Below, one piece after another: positions 26,306-38,569 of a stretch of DNA of 64,000 nt; positions within the stretch are counted from its first letter, which is position 1, and every line of letters starts with the position of its first letter. The stretch is taken from assembly GCF_021869535.1 (NCBI RefSeq), contig NW_026262582.1, positions 47,864,001-47,928,000 on the forward strand, given 5' to 3'. The translations under genes were made by a program, and so were the position numbers. This stretch comes from Mytilus californianus (lineage: Eukaryota). The notes below the pieces were generated by a model. The model saw only the letters and a list, made by a program, of their open reading frames with translations, ran no database searches and was not told the DNA's origin.

Positions 26306-29300
26306 AAAAAAATCCCGTTCCTAATATAAATTCAACTGCCGCTAATCATGCTAATAGAAATTCACCTTCAAAATTAAGCACATTTCACAATTGTGTTAAA
26401 GGAGGCAATGCCTCTGCAGCTAGATTGTTCAACAAAAACGCTCGTGGATATCCACAAATATTTCCGCGCAATGTCATAAAATGACAACCCTGTTTCAGAT
26501 TATCTTCAGATAATACAGTTCGGTCATCAGTGAACGGAAGAACTTTATATCTCTCCTTTTCATATGAAATTACTTGTAATACCCAAAGCCTCATATATCT
26601 TGTTACATGAACAAAACTGAAATGTAGTATTCAATATGTAAGGCAAACTGGACGTGAATTTTTCAAACGAACACAAGAATATCTATACCGCTTCCGCAGA
26701 CCTAAGAAATTCAAAAGCTTAGTTTACCAAAATTTACACAAACACAAACACAATATTAAATCTATCAAATCCCAACCACTTCAAACAGTCAATAAGCAAC
26801 CAACACAATCACATAAACAGTTTGAAGATTCTCGTAAAATTTGCGAACTGTCTTGGATCAAACGACTACAGACAGCGTATCCCCTAGGTCTAAATGACAA
26901 TATCATGGGCCAAGGGAACATATCTAACACTTCCTTTATTGATACCATGACTATTGTTGATAAACGACAACGTAATCACATGTCTCATGGCAATCGCATT
27001 AACCGCAATCAACGAAATAAACATCGTTCTAATTTTACACTTGATGATTTTTTATCTATATTTAAAAACAATGGTAGACATCAATTATTATGTAAACTGG
27101 GTCAAATGTCAATTAGTAAATCATATAATATTTAAAACGAGTGTGATGCAATATCGTTTTTTAGTCCAAAATATGAGTGTACACGGATTATTACAACTTT
27201 TTGTCACCATAGACTCTTCCCTCAAAGTGACAAACCTGAAGATCATTAAAAGTATTTTACAAAAATAAAATACATTAATAGAGGTATTGATTTTATTGGT
27301 TTGTCTAGTATTTTTCATGATTCTACCGTTCAAAACTTTATATCTCCATATTTTGATAACATTGAGGCACCTATAATTTCTTATTCGTATAAAAAACAGA
27401 GTAGAAGTTTAATTTTTAATTATACGTCAGTTACATCAGACGTCAGTATAGAAAATAATGCTCCTTCAACATGGGACTGTGAAACGTGGCCATGTAATTA
27501 CAGGGGACCTCAACATCGTTCAGGACCGAGATTTTATAAACTTTCTGAAAAAGGGACCAAGATATCGTCCACCGTTGAAAATAAATTGGGAAGAGTGTCG
27601 TCAGGTTATTACAGATGCTCTTTCATCCTGTTGTTAAAAATGGTGTAAACGAATGAAATCTGACAAAAAGTCAATTGATTCCTATTTAAATAAATGTAGG
27701 AATATTGTAGATATTCGTATATCACATTTCGAAAATAGTTTAGAAATAAATAAAAGAGTAAGTAATACGCCCATTCCTATGATTAAAAACAACATTCAAG
27801 TACTATCAAAACGTTTTATGTTCGTACCGGCCGACAAAGCAGCCAACAATGTGGTGGTGGTTTGATATAAATACTACACGGAAGTCCTTAAGAATGAAAA
27901 TATACATTCAACTACATTCAAGGCCGTACGCTCAACAGAGAGTCATATAGTAAATAATCAAGTCACTACCACAGCTCAACTTAAGGACTTCTCGGAACAT
28001 TTGAAGGTCCCCACTACATGTACTACATAAAAAACCCGTAAAATATCGTTTCATCTCGGCCTCTAGTAAGTGTTCTACCACCAATCTTTCGGTGCTTTTA
28101 ACGAGTTCCTTACCTTCTATCAAAGAACTTATCGTTGATTTTTGTAATAAAACATGAAAACAGTGGAATTAAACCATTTTTGGAGTGTAAAAAGTTCTTT
28201 GGATGTTTTAGATAAATTACGTGCTTTTGATGGTCCTTTTGAATCGGTTAAAAATTTTGAATATTCCACTCTTTATACTACACTTCCACACAATCTTATC
28301 AAATAAAAGTTTTCATATCTAATTGAGTGGTCGTTTGATAAATCTGGTTACACATTTATTTGCTGCAACTTATATAAAGACTTTTTCTCTAATGAGAAAG
28401 GTAAATATGCTAGATATACTTACTGGAGGTGTGATGAGCTAATTAAAGCACTAAATGTTCTCCTTGATAACATTTATGTACGTTTCGGCAATAAAGCTGA
28501 TCGACATTTTGTAGGTATTCCTATGGGCATCAACTGCCCCTTTAATAGCAGACTTGTTCCTTTACTGTTATGAATCACAGTTTATGGCCAAACTCAGTAA
28601 AGAACCGTCTAAATTCCATTTAATAGATAAATTTACCAACACTTACCGTTATCTTGATGATATTTTTTCGTTAAATAATCAAGAATTCTCTAACTATACT
28701 GCTGAAATTTACCCAAAGGAACTTATTTTAAATAAATCTAATATTAACAGCAATAATTGTCCTTTCCTAGATTTAGATATTTGAGTATTACACCAGGAAC
28801 TCTTCACAAAAAATTACGACAAAAGGGACGATTTGTCTTTCCCTATTGGTAATTTCCATTTTTGGACGGTGATGTTCCTTTGCACCGTCCTACGGTGTTT
28901 ATATATCCCAACTCGTTCGATATGCCCGTGTATTAAGTGACGTTTTGGGTTTTAATGAGCTTAATATATGTATTACTAGTAAATTATTGAGTCAGGGATT
29001 TTGTTACCACAAATGACTTAAAACCTTTACTAATTTCTTTCATTGATACAAAGATTTAGTCTGCAAATTTGGCTGTACCTGTAGAAAACTTGTTTCAAAC
29101 GGAATAGCAAAACCTTAATTTTACGGTGATGTTGTAAATCGAGCCCGGAAATTTAGATACGATCCGGGTAAACTTATCAATCCTTCAAATAAACTTATTC
29201 TAAAAGATTACCTTTTCAACACTGTAATTAAATCTTTGAATATTGATTTTATTGGTATAAATATTCATTTTGTTATCAGTAAGTTAAAACCATACTAAAT

Positions 29301-29512
29301 ATTACACATTTGTACTTTCACTGTACTACAATCTGTCAATACCTTTAATAGTTTGGCATTTCACAAGGTCATGTTTTTTCTCTGACTGTTAATGACGTCT
29401 TGACTAAATTCATTGTATGTTGGATGTGTACTGGTTGATATTTTAGTCTTAGATACATGATTTTTTTCATTAGTTGTTATTGCTTTGAACTAGCTGTCAG
29501 TAACTGCGAGTA
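26306..29512 (+). mobile_element. Naiad-type PLE (N-terminal GIY-YIG, CxC linker, RT), decayed, family 1
   Basis: IYLVT*TKLKCSIQYVRQT, ELSWIKRLQTAYPLGLND, GHVITGDL, FVPADKAANN, GIPMG and RYLDD in this order. ORF ends TAA at 29296-29298. Confidence 0.9.
29368..29462 (+). ncRNA. SECIS-like element, partly degraded, in the family 1 Naiad 3' UTR
   Basis: ATGA at 29392, AAA at 29406, TGAT at 29436, outer helix gact/agtc and tcatg/catga. Helix II is imperfect. Confidence 0.6.
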
Positions 29513-29513
29513 A

Positions 29514-30791
29514 AATGCAGTTTTTGGCTTATATCTCTGAAACTAAAGCATTTAGAGCAAATCTGACAGAGTAAAAATATTCATCCGGTCAAGATCTCTA
29601 TCTGCCTTGAAATTTTCAGACGCATTAGACAATCCGTTGTTGGGTTGCTGCCCCTGAATTGGTAATTTTAAGGAAATTTTGCAGTTTTTGGTTATTATCT
29701 TGAATATTATAATATATAGAGATAAACTGTAAACAGCAAAATTGTTCAGCAAAGTAAGATCTACAAATAAGTGATCATGACCAGAATTGTAAATTGACTC
29801 AATCAGGAGTTATTGCCCTTAAAAGTCAATTTTTCACAATGTTTCGAAAATTTTTGTAATCGTTTACAAAATTCTTCTTTTCTGAAACTACTGGGCCAAA
29901 TTAAACCAAACTTGGCCTTAATTATCCTTAGGGTATTTAATTTTAAAAATGTATCCGATGACTCCGCCCATCAACCAAGATGGCCGCCATGGCTAAAAAT
30001 TGAACATGGGGATAAAATGCAGTTTTTGGCTTATATCTCTGAAGCATTTAGAGCAAATCTGACGAGATAAAAATGTTTATCAGGCCAAGATCTATCTGCC
30101 CTGAAATTTTCAAACGCATCAGACAATCCGTTGTTAAGTTGCTGCCCCTGAATTGGTAATTTTAAGGAAATTTTGCAGTTTTTGGATATTATCTGGAATA
30201 TTATAATAAATAGAGATAAACTGTAAACAGCAACATTGTTCAGCAAAATAAGATCTACAAATAATTCATCATGACCAAAATAGTCAATTGACCCAATAAG
30301 GAGTTATTGCGCTTGAAAGTCAATTTTTCACAATTTTTCGTAAATGTTTGTAATCTTTTACAAAAATCTTCTCCTATGAATCTACTGGGCCATATAAAAT
30401 TAAGCTAAGCCACAATTTTCAGTAGGGTATCTTGATTGAAAAATGTATCCGATGACCTTGTCATCCAACCAACATGGCCGCCATGGCTAAACACAGAACA
30501 TAAGGGTTTACTATAGAAGTCTACGGGAAAATTGTAAAAAACAATTTCAAATGGTCAAAACTTGAAAAACTAATTTAAAAAAATATAAGGAGTCTTTGGT
30601 AACTATTGTAAGACTACAATAGGACGACCTGCTTTAAATTTAACTACTGAGCCGAATTAAACCAAACTTGGCCTCAATCATTATTAGGGTACCTAATACT
30701 ATTTATTATGATTTTATCTTTATTTTACATGATTTCATAAACCACAGTAGATTCAGGTGAGCGACACAGGCTCTTGAGAGCCTCTAGTTTT
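29514..30791 (+). mobile_element. Non-autonomous Helentron (HINE)-like element with about 502-bp tandem units
   Basis: Units start at about 29512 and 30014. The 3' end is tcaggtgagcga, the palindrome aggctcttgagagcct, then a T-run. The 5' end is absent. Confidence 0.75.
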
Positions 30792-31519
30792 ATAATCAAA
30801 ATCGAAACAACTAAGTTGTCATAACTTTACTAGTCCATTTATTTCAGGTTTTCGTATGTTATTTAACGGTCACCGATTGGGTTATTTTTACAACCGACAC
30901 GAGATATATTGAGAGACCAGCAAAAAATACATGTGACCAATAAATATTCCCAGCAGTTCAGGAATTCAGTATAACCCACAAACGTGTCTTTGTTTTCAGG
31001 GCACGTTTCTTTTTATATTTAAAGACCTGTAGGGACAAGGTTGCAAATGGTGTATGCGTAATCTTTTGGATGTTTTTGTTTAAACAAATAGTCACGGAAA
31101 ATACTTGTACGTTATAGGAAAATATCAAATTTATTTGTAAAAACTTAGAAACGGCTCGACCACCTTTTTCTCCAGTTTCGTAGCGAGTTCAAATACGTTT
31201 AATATTTTCCTTCAATGTACGATTATTTTTTTTCATCCAGCAATTTAACATTTACGCGTAAGTGTATATATATTTTTTTTTTCCCAACCGTTGGATTTAT
31301 TTCTTAATGAAATCAGCACAACTTAAAAGGGGACCGCGATTAGGACCCCAAATTGAACTGTGACGTAAACAGTAATTTGATTATAACTGTCGCTCACAAC
31401 AAAAGTGGGATATCAGATGACTATATATAAACGTATACAGTTTATGTTATCTGTCAACATGTAGTTGTATAGTAGAAAGGTTGTTTGCAGGATAAATATA
31501 GATTCTTTCATTTGTAACA

Positions 31520-31640
31520 GTGGATTATCGGATTTATCCAATCAAGATAGTAAAAATATCGAATTTAAAAGTCCGAGTCTTGGCGAGGGCTTGAACATTG
31601 AAAATTTAGATATCGAGATTGGATAAATCCGATAATCCAC
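31520..31640. repeat. Long hairpin with perfect 24-bp arms and a GC-rich central loop
   Basis: gtggattatcggatttatccaatc (31520-31543) / gattggataaatccgataatccac (31617-31640). Confidence 0.85.
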
Positions 31641-31662
31641 GAGTAACTGTGTAATAAGTTAA

Positions 31663-32130
31663 TTAACAAAGATACCGAACTCTCAGGAAAATTCAAAACG
31701 GAAAGTCCCTAATCAAATGGCAAAATCAAAAACTCAAACACATCAAACGAACGGAAAACAACTGTCATATTCCTGACTTGGTACAGGCATTTCCTTGTGT
31801 AGAAAATGGTAGATTAAACCTGGTTTTATAGCTAGCTGAACATCTTACTTGTATGACAGTCGCATAAAATTCCATTACATTAACAACAATGTGTGAACGA
31901 AACAAACTGACATAATAGGAAAAAATGTCAAAAATAGGGATACAGCAGTCAACATTGTCATTGACTGTGTTATAATCTTAATCACTATAAAACAAACAAA
32001 TATGTCAACAGAGAAAAACAAAATAGCATATAGACAAAGCACATAAGCAAAAATGAAAGACAAGAATACAAAAAATGACCATAGCACAATAACACAACGA
32101 CGGGATGTATAAGTACAGAGCCACGCCAAA
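31663..32130 (-). mobile_element. PLE 3' UTR fragment, same family as 38570-40563
   Basis: Reverse-complement match to about 40080-40560. Confidence 0.7.
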
Positions 32131-32932
32131 AGAGTCTGTTTGTCTAATGAAATAACATAATTATATAATAAATTGACAGTTTTGATAAACGAAAATCCCA
32201 TTCGAGAGCTTTCCGCATTCCACAAAGTTGTCAATTTCTCTAACACCTGTTAGCACATTCTATTCGTCCAGTGAGCTGATAAAGGTTATGATCCTTAAAC
32301 TCAGTCAATCATCTTCTGAGATCATCGGCAACCACACGTTGATTAAAGTTTGTTTTATAATGTTTCCAGAAAGGGTTAAATTGCCATAGGTTGACTCTTA
32401 GCAATGTCAAGGTTACAGGAAGATTCTTTTTTTTTTTCACAAAATATTTATTTAACGTGTAAAATTTTGATTGGAGTATGTTTGATGGTTTAAGTTGAAT
32501 ATTTCTATGTAACATTTACAGCAAAGAAAATTTTGACATTCTACTGTCCACATGCAAAAACCAAAATGGGAACGCGTTTCAAACTATAATTCACCTAAAG
32601 GAAGTCCAAGTTAAATCTTGTCACACAGAAGACCATTGTTGTAGGTACATGTATCCAAATCGAGATTATCGCAGCCATTACCAATCAAACGATCCAGTAC
32701 ACGTGTGATGCATGTACAATTTAATAGTCAACCTTAGAACCTTCGGTTCTTTTCATTTTACTTTATTTTCATACAAATCCAGCCATGTTTTCTATTGCAC
32801 GGAATAAATGCCTTGCGGTGGTTACATATTCGAATGCATACATGAAATAAAAGATTGTACATTTTACATCTGATATTATATATACCTGATTCATTTGAAA
32901 GTTATAATGGTTTTTACATTTCAATATTGTAG

Positions 32933-33130
32933 GTGTTCCGAAGACGACGAGAACACATATTCTGGTGCACACTGCGAAAATAAAACTTCAAAGTTGTTTT
33001 CTGATCTAAAATACATAATTGCTGCGGCAGCTGGTTGGTTCACCGCTGTTCTGTTAATTATCGCCGTCATATGTTGTATGTGCAGACAGAAAAAGGGAGA
33101 CAAGAAGGCCCGATGCGATAATGAAAATAT
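32933..33130 (+). CDS. Mucin exon, EGF C5-C6 plus transmembrane helix (CSEDDENTYSGAHCE...YIIAAAAGWFTAVLLIIAVICCMCRQKK)
   Basis: ttgtag acceptor and gtgagt donor; 198 nt, phase 2-2. Completes the EGF as C-M-C, followed by a hydrophobic helix and basic stop-transfer residues. Confidence 0.85.
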
Positions 33131-33281
33131 GTGAGTTTTCTGCAAGATCTTTTTTCAGTTTTCGTGAAAAAAAGTTCTTATTGATTTGGTCGATATTACT
33201 ATATCGATCAGAATTAGATTGTTAGTTTCTGTTGGCTTTTATGATGTATAATACTTAATTTAGCTATATTAAATTCACCGT

Positions 33282-33730
33282 GTAGAACGCTACATGCGGG
33301 GTATTTGCTTTGTTTGACAAGGGGTACGGATTTCGAAGCGGAGAAAAACGATCACTTTAAGTAAAAATATCAGATTTTCCTTTTTTGAGAACTATTTTCA
33401 TCAAATGATGTATTTCACGAAATGTACCGACCCATAATATATTCCCAGCATGCAGAATCAGACGTCAAAAGAGGTCTTTTTTCTCAGACACCCCTCCTCA
33501 GTTTTCTGTGTCGTAGATTTGAGACTTCAAATGCAAGTTGCAGGATAAAAACTACTTTTCGGCGAACTATTTCCGTACTTTTTGTTTGAGAAAACAGAGC
33601 TCTTTTGACGTCAGCTTCTGCTTGCTGGGTCGGTACCTTCCGTGCAATACACCATTGACTGCTTTTTTTTTTGCTTTATAACCGCCACCCCATGTCAAAT
33701 CTGGCCAACGCCCCGCATGTGACGTTCTAC
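33282..33730. mobile_element. MITE with 20-bp TIRs and a second internal inverted repeat
   Basis: gtagaacgctacatgcgggg / ccccgcatgtgacgttctac; inner pair cagacgtcaaaagag / ctcttttgacgtcag. Confidence 0.7.
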
Positions 33731-34518
33731 GTTATCAGTAAATCGTGTGCTCTACAAGGATCACCAGTCCTTCTCCTTTTATCTGATACCTTAATTACTA
33801 AAATGTATGCTACATAGTTTAAGATTTACCCTTATGCGTAGGAACTAATTTGTTTTAAATATGTACTACCTTCCAGTATGTTCTTTTTTGACCGGGTGGT
33901 GTAACATCTACTACATAGTCTATCCAAATTATTTTTGCAAAGAATACCGCTCAAGCCGGTGCTAGGTGCCGTCTTTAACTTGCATTGAGATGAGAGTTTT
34001 TTCCCCCGTGTTGAAGGCCTCACAGTGACTTTAAGATGATGAGATGAAGAACAGCAATAAAAGCGCTGTTCCTTTGCTTTTTGTGTGTGTTTTTTTTTTA
34101 CTGTGCATGTACTGATTTTGTGTCATGGATGAATACCAAATATCCTTTGATTTTCTATTACACGGTGAAATTGGAATGCAACCTGTATTCTATTTCAATA
34201 TTTGTTCACTTCCTGTTGCATCAACATGTATCTGTCAGTTACGTGAAAGAGTAATTTGTTCCCAATAGCTATAGGAATTGCTTTTTACCACGAGTTGATA
34301 AAAATCTGTTATGGTATAAGTTTTCAATATCTGAAATGCATTTAAAATGGCTTCAAAATAGATAAACCAAAAGGTATTACAGAAAGTTAAGAATTACCCA
34401 AAACGAAAATGTGTTATTTGGAAAATGAAATTTTCTATGAATTAAAGTATTATGAAGGGAAATCAAGTCACTCCTTATTTTGAAAATAAACTTGGTTGTT
34501 TTTCTATTGTTTTTTTAG

Positions 34519-34681
34519 ACATGAGCAAGAGAATTTGAGTTATAACCATCCTATGGGACTTTTGAGGCGTCAAAGAGTTCCATCAAACCTTTACTTAACA
34601 GATGCTAGTAGAGATGACAGCTATTCTATTGATTATAGAAATAGGCATACCTATATGGAAGGCACTATGGATAGAAATAAT
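34519..34681 (+). CDS. Mucin cytoplasmic exon (HEQENLSYNHPMG...TMDRNN)
   Basis: ttttttag acceptor and gtaagc donor; 163 nt, phase 2 to phase 0, open frame. Confidence 0.75.
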
Positions 34682-34920
34682 GTAAGCATCTAAAAATTAA
34701 TGTTGCTCTTGCTTTTGTTTTAGTGTTAAACTTTGTGCCTTTGTATTTTTCGACGTCTGTCTTGTTTTTTCTAGGAAAATTCTTATCCATCTATTGTCCT
34801 GAAAAAAAATGCTACAATCCTAAAATTTTATGTTCTGTCATGTTTTAGAGCTAGAAACTTTACATGACCGATGGATAGCGAATTTGGGAATGTTTTGTGG
34901 TTAGCTAAGAGTCAAACTCG

Positions 34921-35636
34921 CTTTTTATACGCCCGTTTACGGTAGTTTTTGGTATACCGTTGTCCGTCCGTCCGTCTGTCCGTCCGTACGTCCGTCGTCC
35001 GTCCGTCCGTCGTCAACATGTCGGACAATAACTCAAAAACGCTTTAGTCAATTTGCATGAATAATTGGTGAATTGTTTATATCTATTGACGTGAGCTCCC
35101 ATTTCGTTTTTTATAAATTTTAGATTTTAAGTTTCTGAGTTATGGGGTTTTATTCCTTAAAAAGAGGGATTTTCCAGTTTTCGGACAATAAATCAAAACA
35201 CTTTCACTAATTTGTAAGAAACTTTGGTGAATTGTTTATATCTATTGACATGAACTCCCTTTCGATTTTACGTTTCCGAAGTATGGGATTTTATTCAATA
35301 AAAAGACGGGGGATTTTTCAGTTTTCGGACAATAACTCAAAAATGCTTTCAGCAGATTTTGATGATTTTTTGGTGAATTGTTTATATCTATTGACGTAAG
35401 CTCCCTTTTGATTTTTATAAATTTTAGATTTTACGTTCCCGAGTTGTGGGATTTTATTAAAAAAAATGGGTGATTTTCCAGAGCAGTTTTCATGAAACTT
35501 TGGTGACTGGTATATATCTATTAAGATAACCTCCCTTTGGTTTTTTCATAAATTTCTGATATGACATTGAGAAGTTATGTAACTTCATTCTTTGAAAAAG
35601 CGACGAGCATATCGTGCGTTCATGGCGCAGCTGTTT
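34921..35636 (+). mobile_element. Non-autonomous Helentron (HINE)-like element
   Basis: 5' tttttatacgcccg, (gtcc)n microsatellite, tandem units at 35022, 35182 and 35326, 3' cgagcatat with a gcg..catggcgc hairpin and a T-run. Confidence 0.8.
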
Positions 35637-37037
35637 ATTAAATATTATTATTATTATTATTATTAAAATTGTTATTATTAGAATTATTATTAATAATATT
35701 ATTATTTCAAAATTAAAATATATTTCAACACTAATAATTCCTCATCAGTTAATTTGATTTATTAACGCATTTTATGTGAAGCTGGGTCAATCTAATTAAC
35801 AACCGATCTCTATTTTTAATTAGATTGTAGCAGGGTTTGTTATTTTTAGGAGCACCTGAGCCCTTGATTTTGGTAAGGTTCGTGTTTCTCTGTCTGTACT
35901 TTTCTTTGTGTTGTGGACTTTGTATTCAATTTTTCGTCATTGTTTGTTTCGGCGCTCTCAGTTTCTCTTAGACTAATGAGTTTATATTATGTTATTATTT
36001 AACCAAGAATTATTCGTCGGTATCCCTTGTCATAAACTTGCATTTGTTCGATGTCGATCATAATAATGGCCTACAATCATGGAAATCTTTTTCTATCCAA
36101 TAATAACATTTCAAGCATATTCTTTTTTATAATATAAAAATAAGAAAATATGGTATGATTGCCAATGAGGCAACTCTCCACAAGAGACCAAATGACACAG
36201 AAATTAACGACCGTGTGCTATGCCATGATACGGGTATCGACAGATTGTAGAGCCATGAATGTGCATATGTATATAAAAGAAATGTTTAGTTTGATTTCAA
36301 TTTACTGATAACAAAGTCGATATTAATACCAATAAAAAAGAATATTCAAAGATCTAATTACAGTGTTGAATTGGGAACCTTTCAGAATAAGTTTATTAAA
36401 AGGATCGATAAGTTTACCATATCTAAATTTCCGGGCTCGGTAATGTCTGGAAAATTTTTAAATAAAAAGAAAAAAGTCAAAACTTTGTGTTTAATATAAC
36501 AATGCACATATATTAGAATTGAATAATTATTTTAGAGTATTAAGACATCACCTTTTGTTGATATTAAATAAAAGAAATGAATACTTATTTTTTGGTAATT
36601 TTTACTGGGGTGTAAAAGTGTTGACTGAAGCACATATTGTATGAAGCGCGGAAGCGCTTAATTCTGAAATGTGTCCACGATCAACACTTTAACAACCCTA
36701 TCAGATTACTATGATAAGCATTTATTTCTTATAATTATATTTTTGTGCTAAGACTATGAAAACAAGTTTTATCAAGTTTTTCTTTTATTTACCTGTCCAC
36801 TTTTTTGTGGAAGCACGTTTCATTTAGAATGTAACAGTTCATTTTGAAATGAAGGTTAATTCTTGAATGACACGCGATTGTTGTTAGCCTATCAAACTAA
36901 CCGATTCTCGTGACACATACATGTAATGTAATTATTAGAAAGTATACGCTTTCTCACATGTCTTATTACGTGTGTGTTATAGTCAATGTCAAATTCATTT
37001 AATGCCAATCTTAATTACTCGATTAAATATATTTTAG

Positions 37038-37121
37038 ATATATAATGAAAATACATCTGATGGGGAAGACGATATTGACTACATTCCAGATTTCTGCAAC
37101 AATGCGATATTTGAAAAAGAG
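37038..37121 (+). CDS. Mucin cytoplasmic exon (IYNENTSDGEDDIDYIPDFCNNAIFEKE)
   Basis: ttttag acceptor and gag|gtaaaa donor; 84 nt, phase 0-0. Confidence 0.68.
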
Positions 37122-38569
37122 GTAAAACCAAAAATTTCAATTTTAAAAGACGAAGTTTCAAAAAAAGTGAATTTGAATACTAGTATATTGAACAGCTGAA
37201 TCATATTTATACGCTTTAGTATATTATTTTTAGCAAGTTAGAGAATAAAATGATGTCGATAGTAGCTGTTTTAAATTTAAAGGAATCCCAACTACACATA
37301 AATGTAGATATTTACGTACTGGTAAACCTCGTTTGTAGTTGTAGCATGCCGTATCTTAATGTTTTTCGTCATTTTGAGAATTTGATTTCAAATGTTATAT
37401 GGCAGACTTTTATTGTTTCGTTTATACTTATTCATAGCTTGTTTACACAAGGGATGGTTCAGAACTTTACATATTGAAAAGACACATGCATTGTAATGAA
37501 TAATATATTTTGACCGTTAAGTGTCTTTTTGGTTTTTGTCGTTAGATTGCTGTCATGGTGGTGTTTATCCTATAGTCACATTGTCTTCATAATGTATACT
37601 TTACACAAAAACAAATGCTACGATGAAGACTTTTCATAAAATTGAAATGAACCGAGACAACAATGGATGCCTGATCTAACTATCATTTGAAATAATCATT
37701 GATTGATTGGTAATTGCTTAACTCTCAGTATAAATTAACAATTAGTGCAATAGTATAAATGTGGTATGATTTCCAATGAGTCAACTATCCACAAGAGTTA
37801 AAATAAAGTTGTTGTTAGCAATAATCAGCCAGCATATGACCTTCAACAATATAACACCTATTCCGTCTAGTCGGCTTCAAAAAGTACCGACATGAAAAAT
37901 GAAGAATAATTCACATTGGAAAACTAAAAGCCTTATTTATAACAAAATAATTACGAAACACAAATATGACAGACATGGAACATCGACGACCACTGTACTA
38001 CAGGCTCATTACTTGTGGCAGGCACATAAATAACGTGTCAGGCTTAAATGGTTTATGAGCGCTCAACCCTCTCCTTACCTGGGACAGTGGTGTAACAGCA
38101 CACCACAAGAACAAACTGTTAGCATCAGTTGCTATTGGGCTAGATCAAATGATCGGTACGAGGCAGAAAAAACTCAAGCATAAAATTATAGACACAAGCA
38201 CCGAAATGAGTTTGTTTTAAAAGATAGGGCAACTCTGATAAAGCGATGGTAATATTGACTGCCATAAGAAAAAGATAGTACTAGACAGTAATTACACATT
38301 GAAGGCCATTTTCGTAATCATCAGACAGCTGTGTGTGCAAAGGGTCTTTAAATTGCACACAGCGTAAAACTTTCCCAACACAATGCATGGAATTGAGCTT
38401 CCTCATTTCCTTCCAGAAGTGGCTGTGTGTATTTCACATCCCGAACTGTCAAACGAATGCTTTTCAATATAAAAAATGGTAGCATACGCTATAAATTTAT
38501 TTCTTTGGGATACCACACGGTATAGTTTGTTAATAGTGAACAAAAAGGTAAAACATGCTACACAGAGAA

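Noticed and set aside
28770-29050. Additional TGAs in the family 1 RT (LDI*V, YHK*L, FH*YK)
   Set aside because: They align to non-Cys residues and are one step from TCA, TTA or CGA; treated as decay, not Sec.
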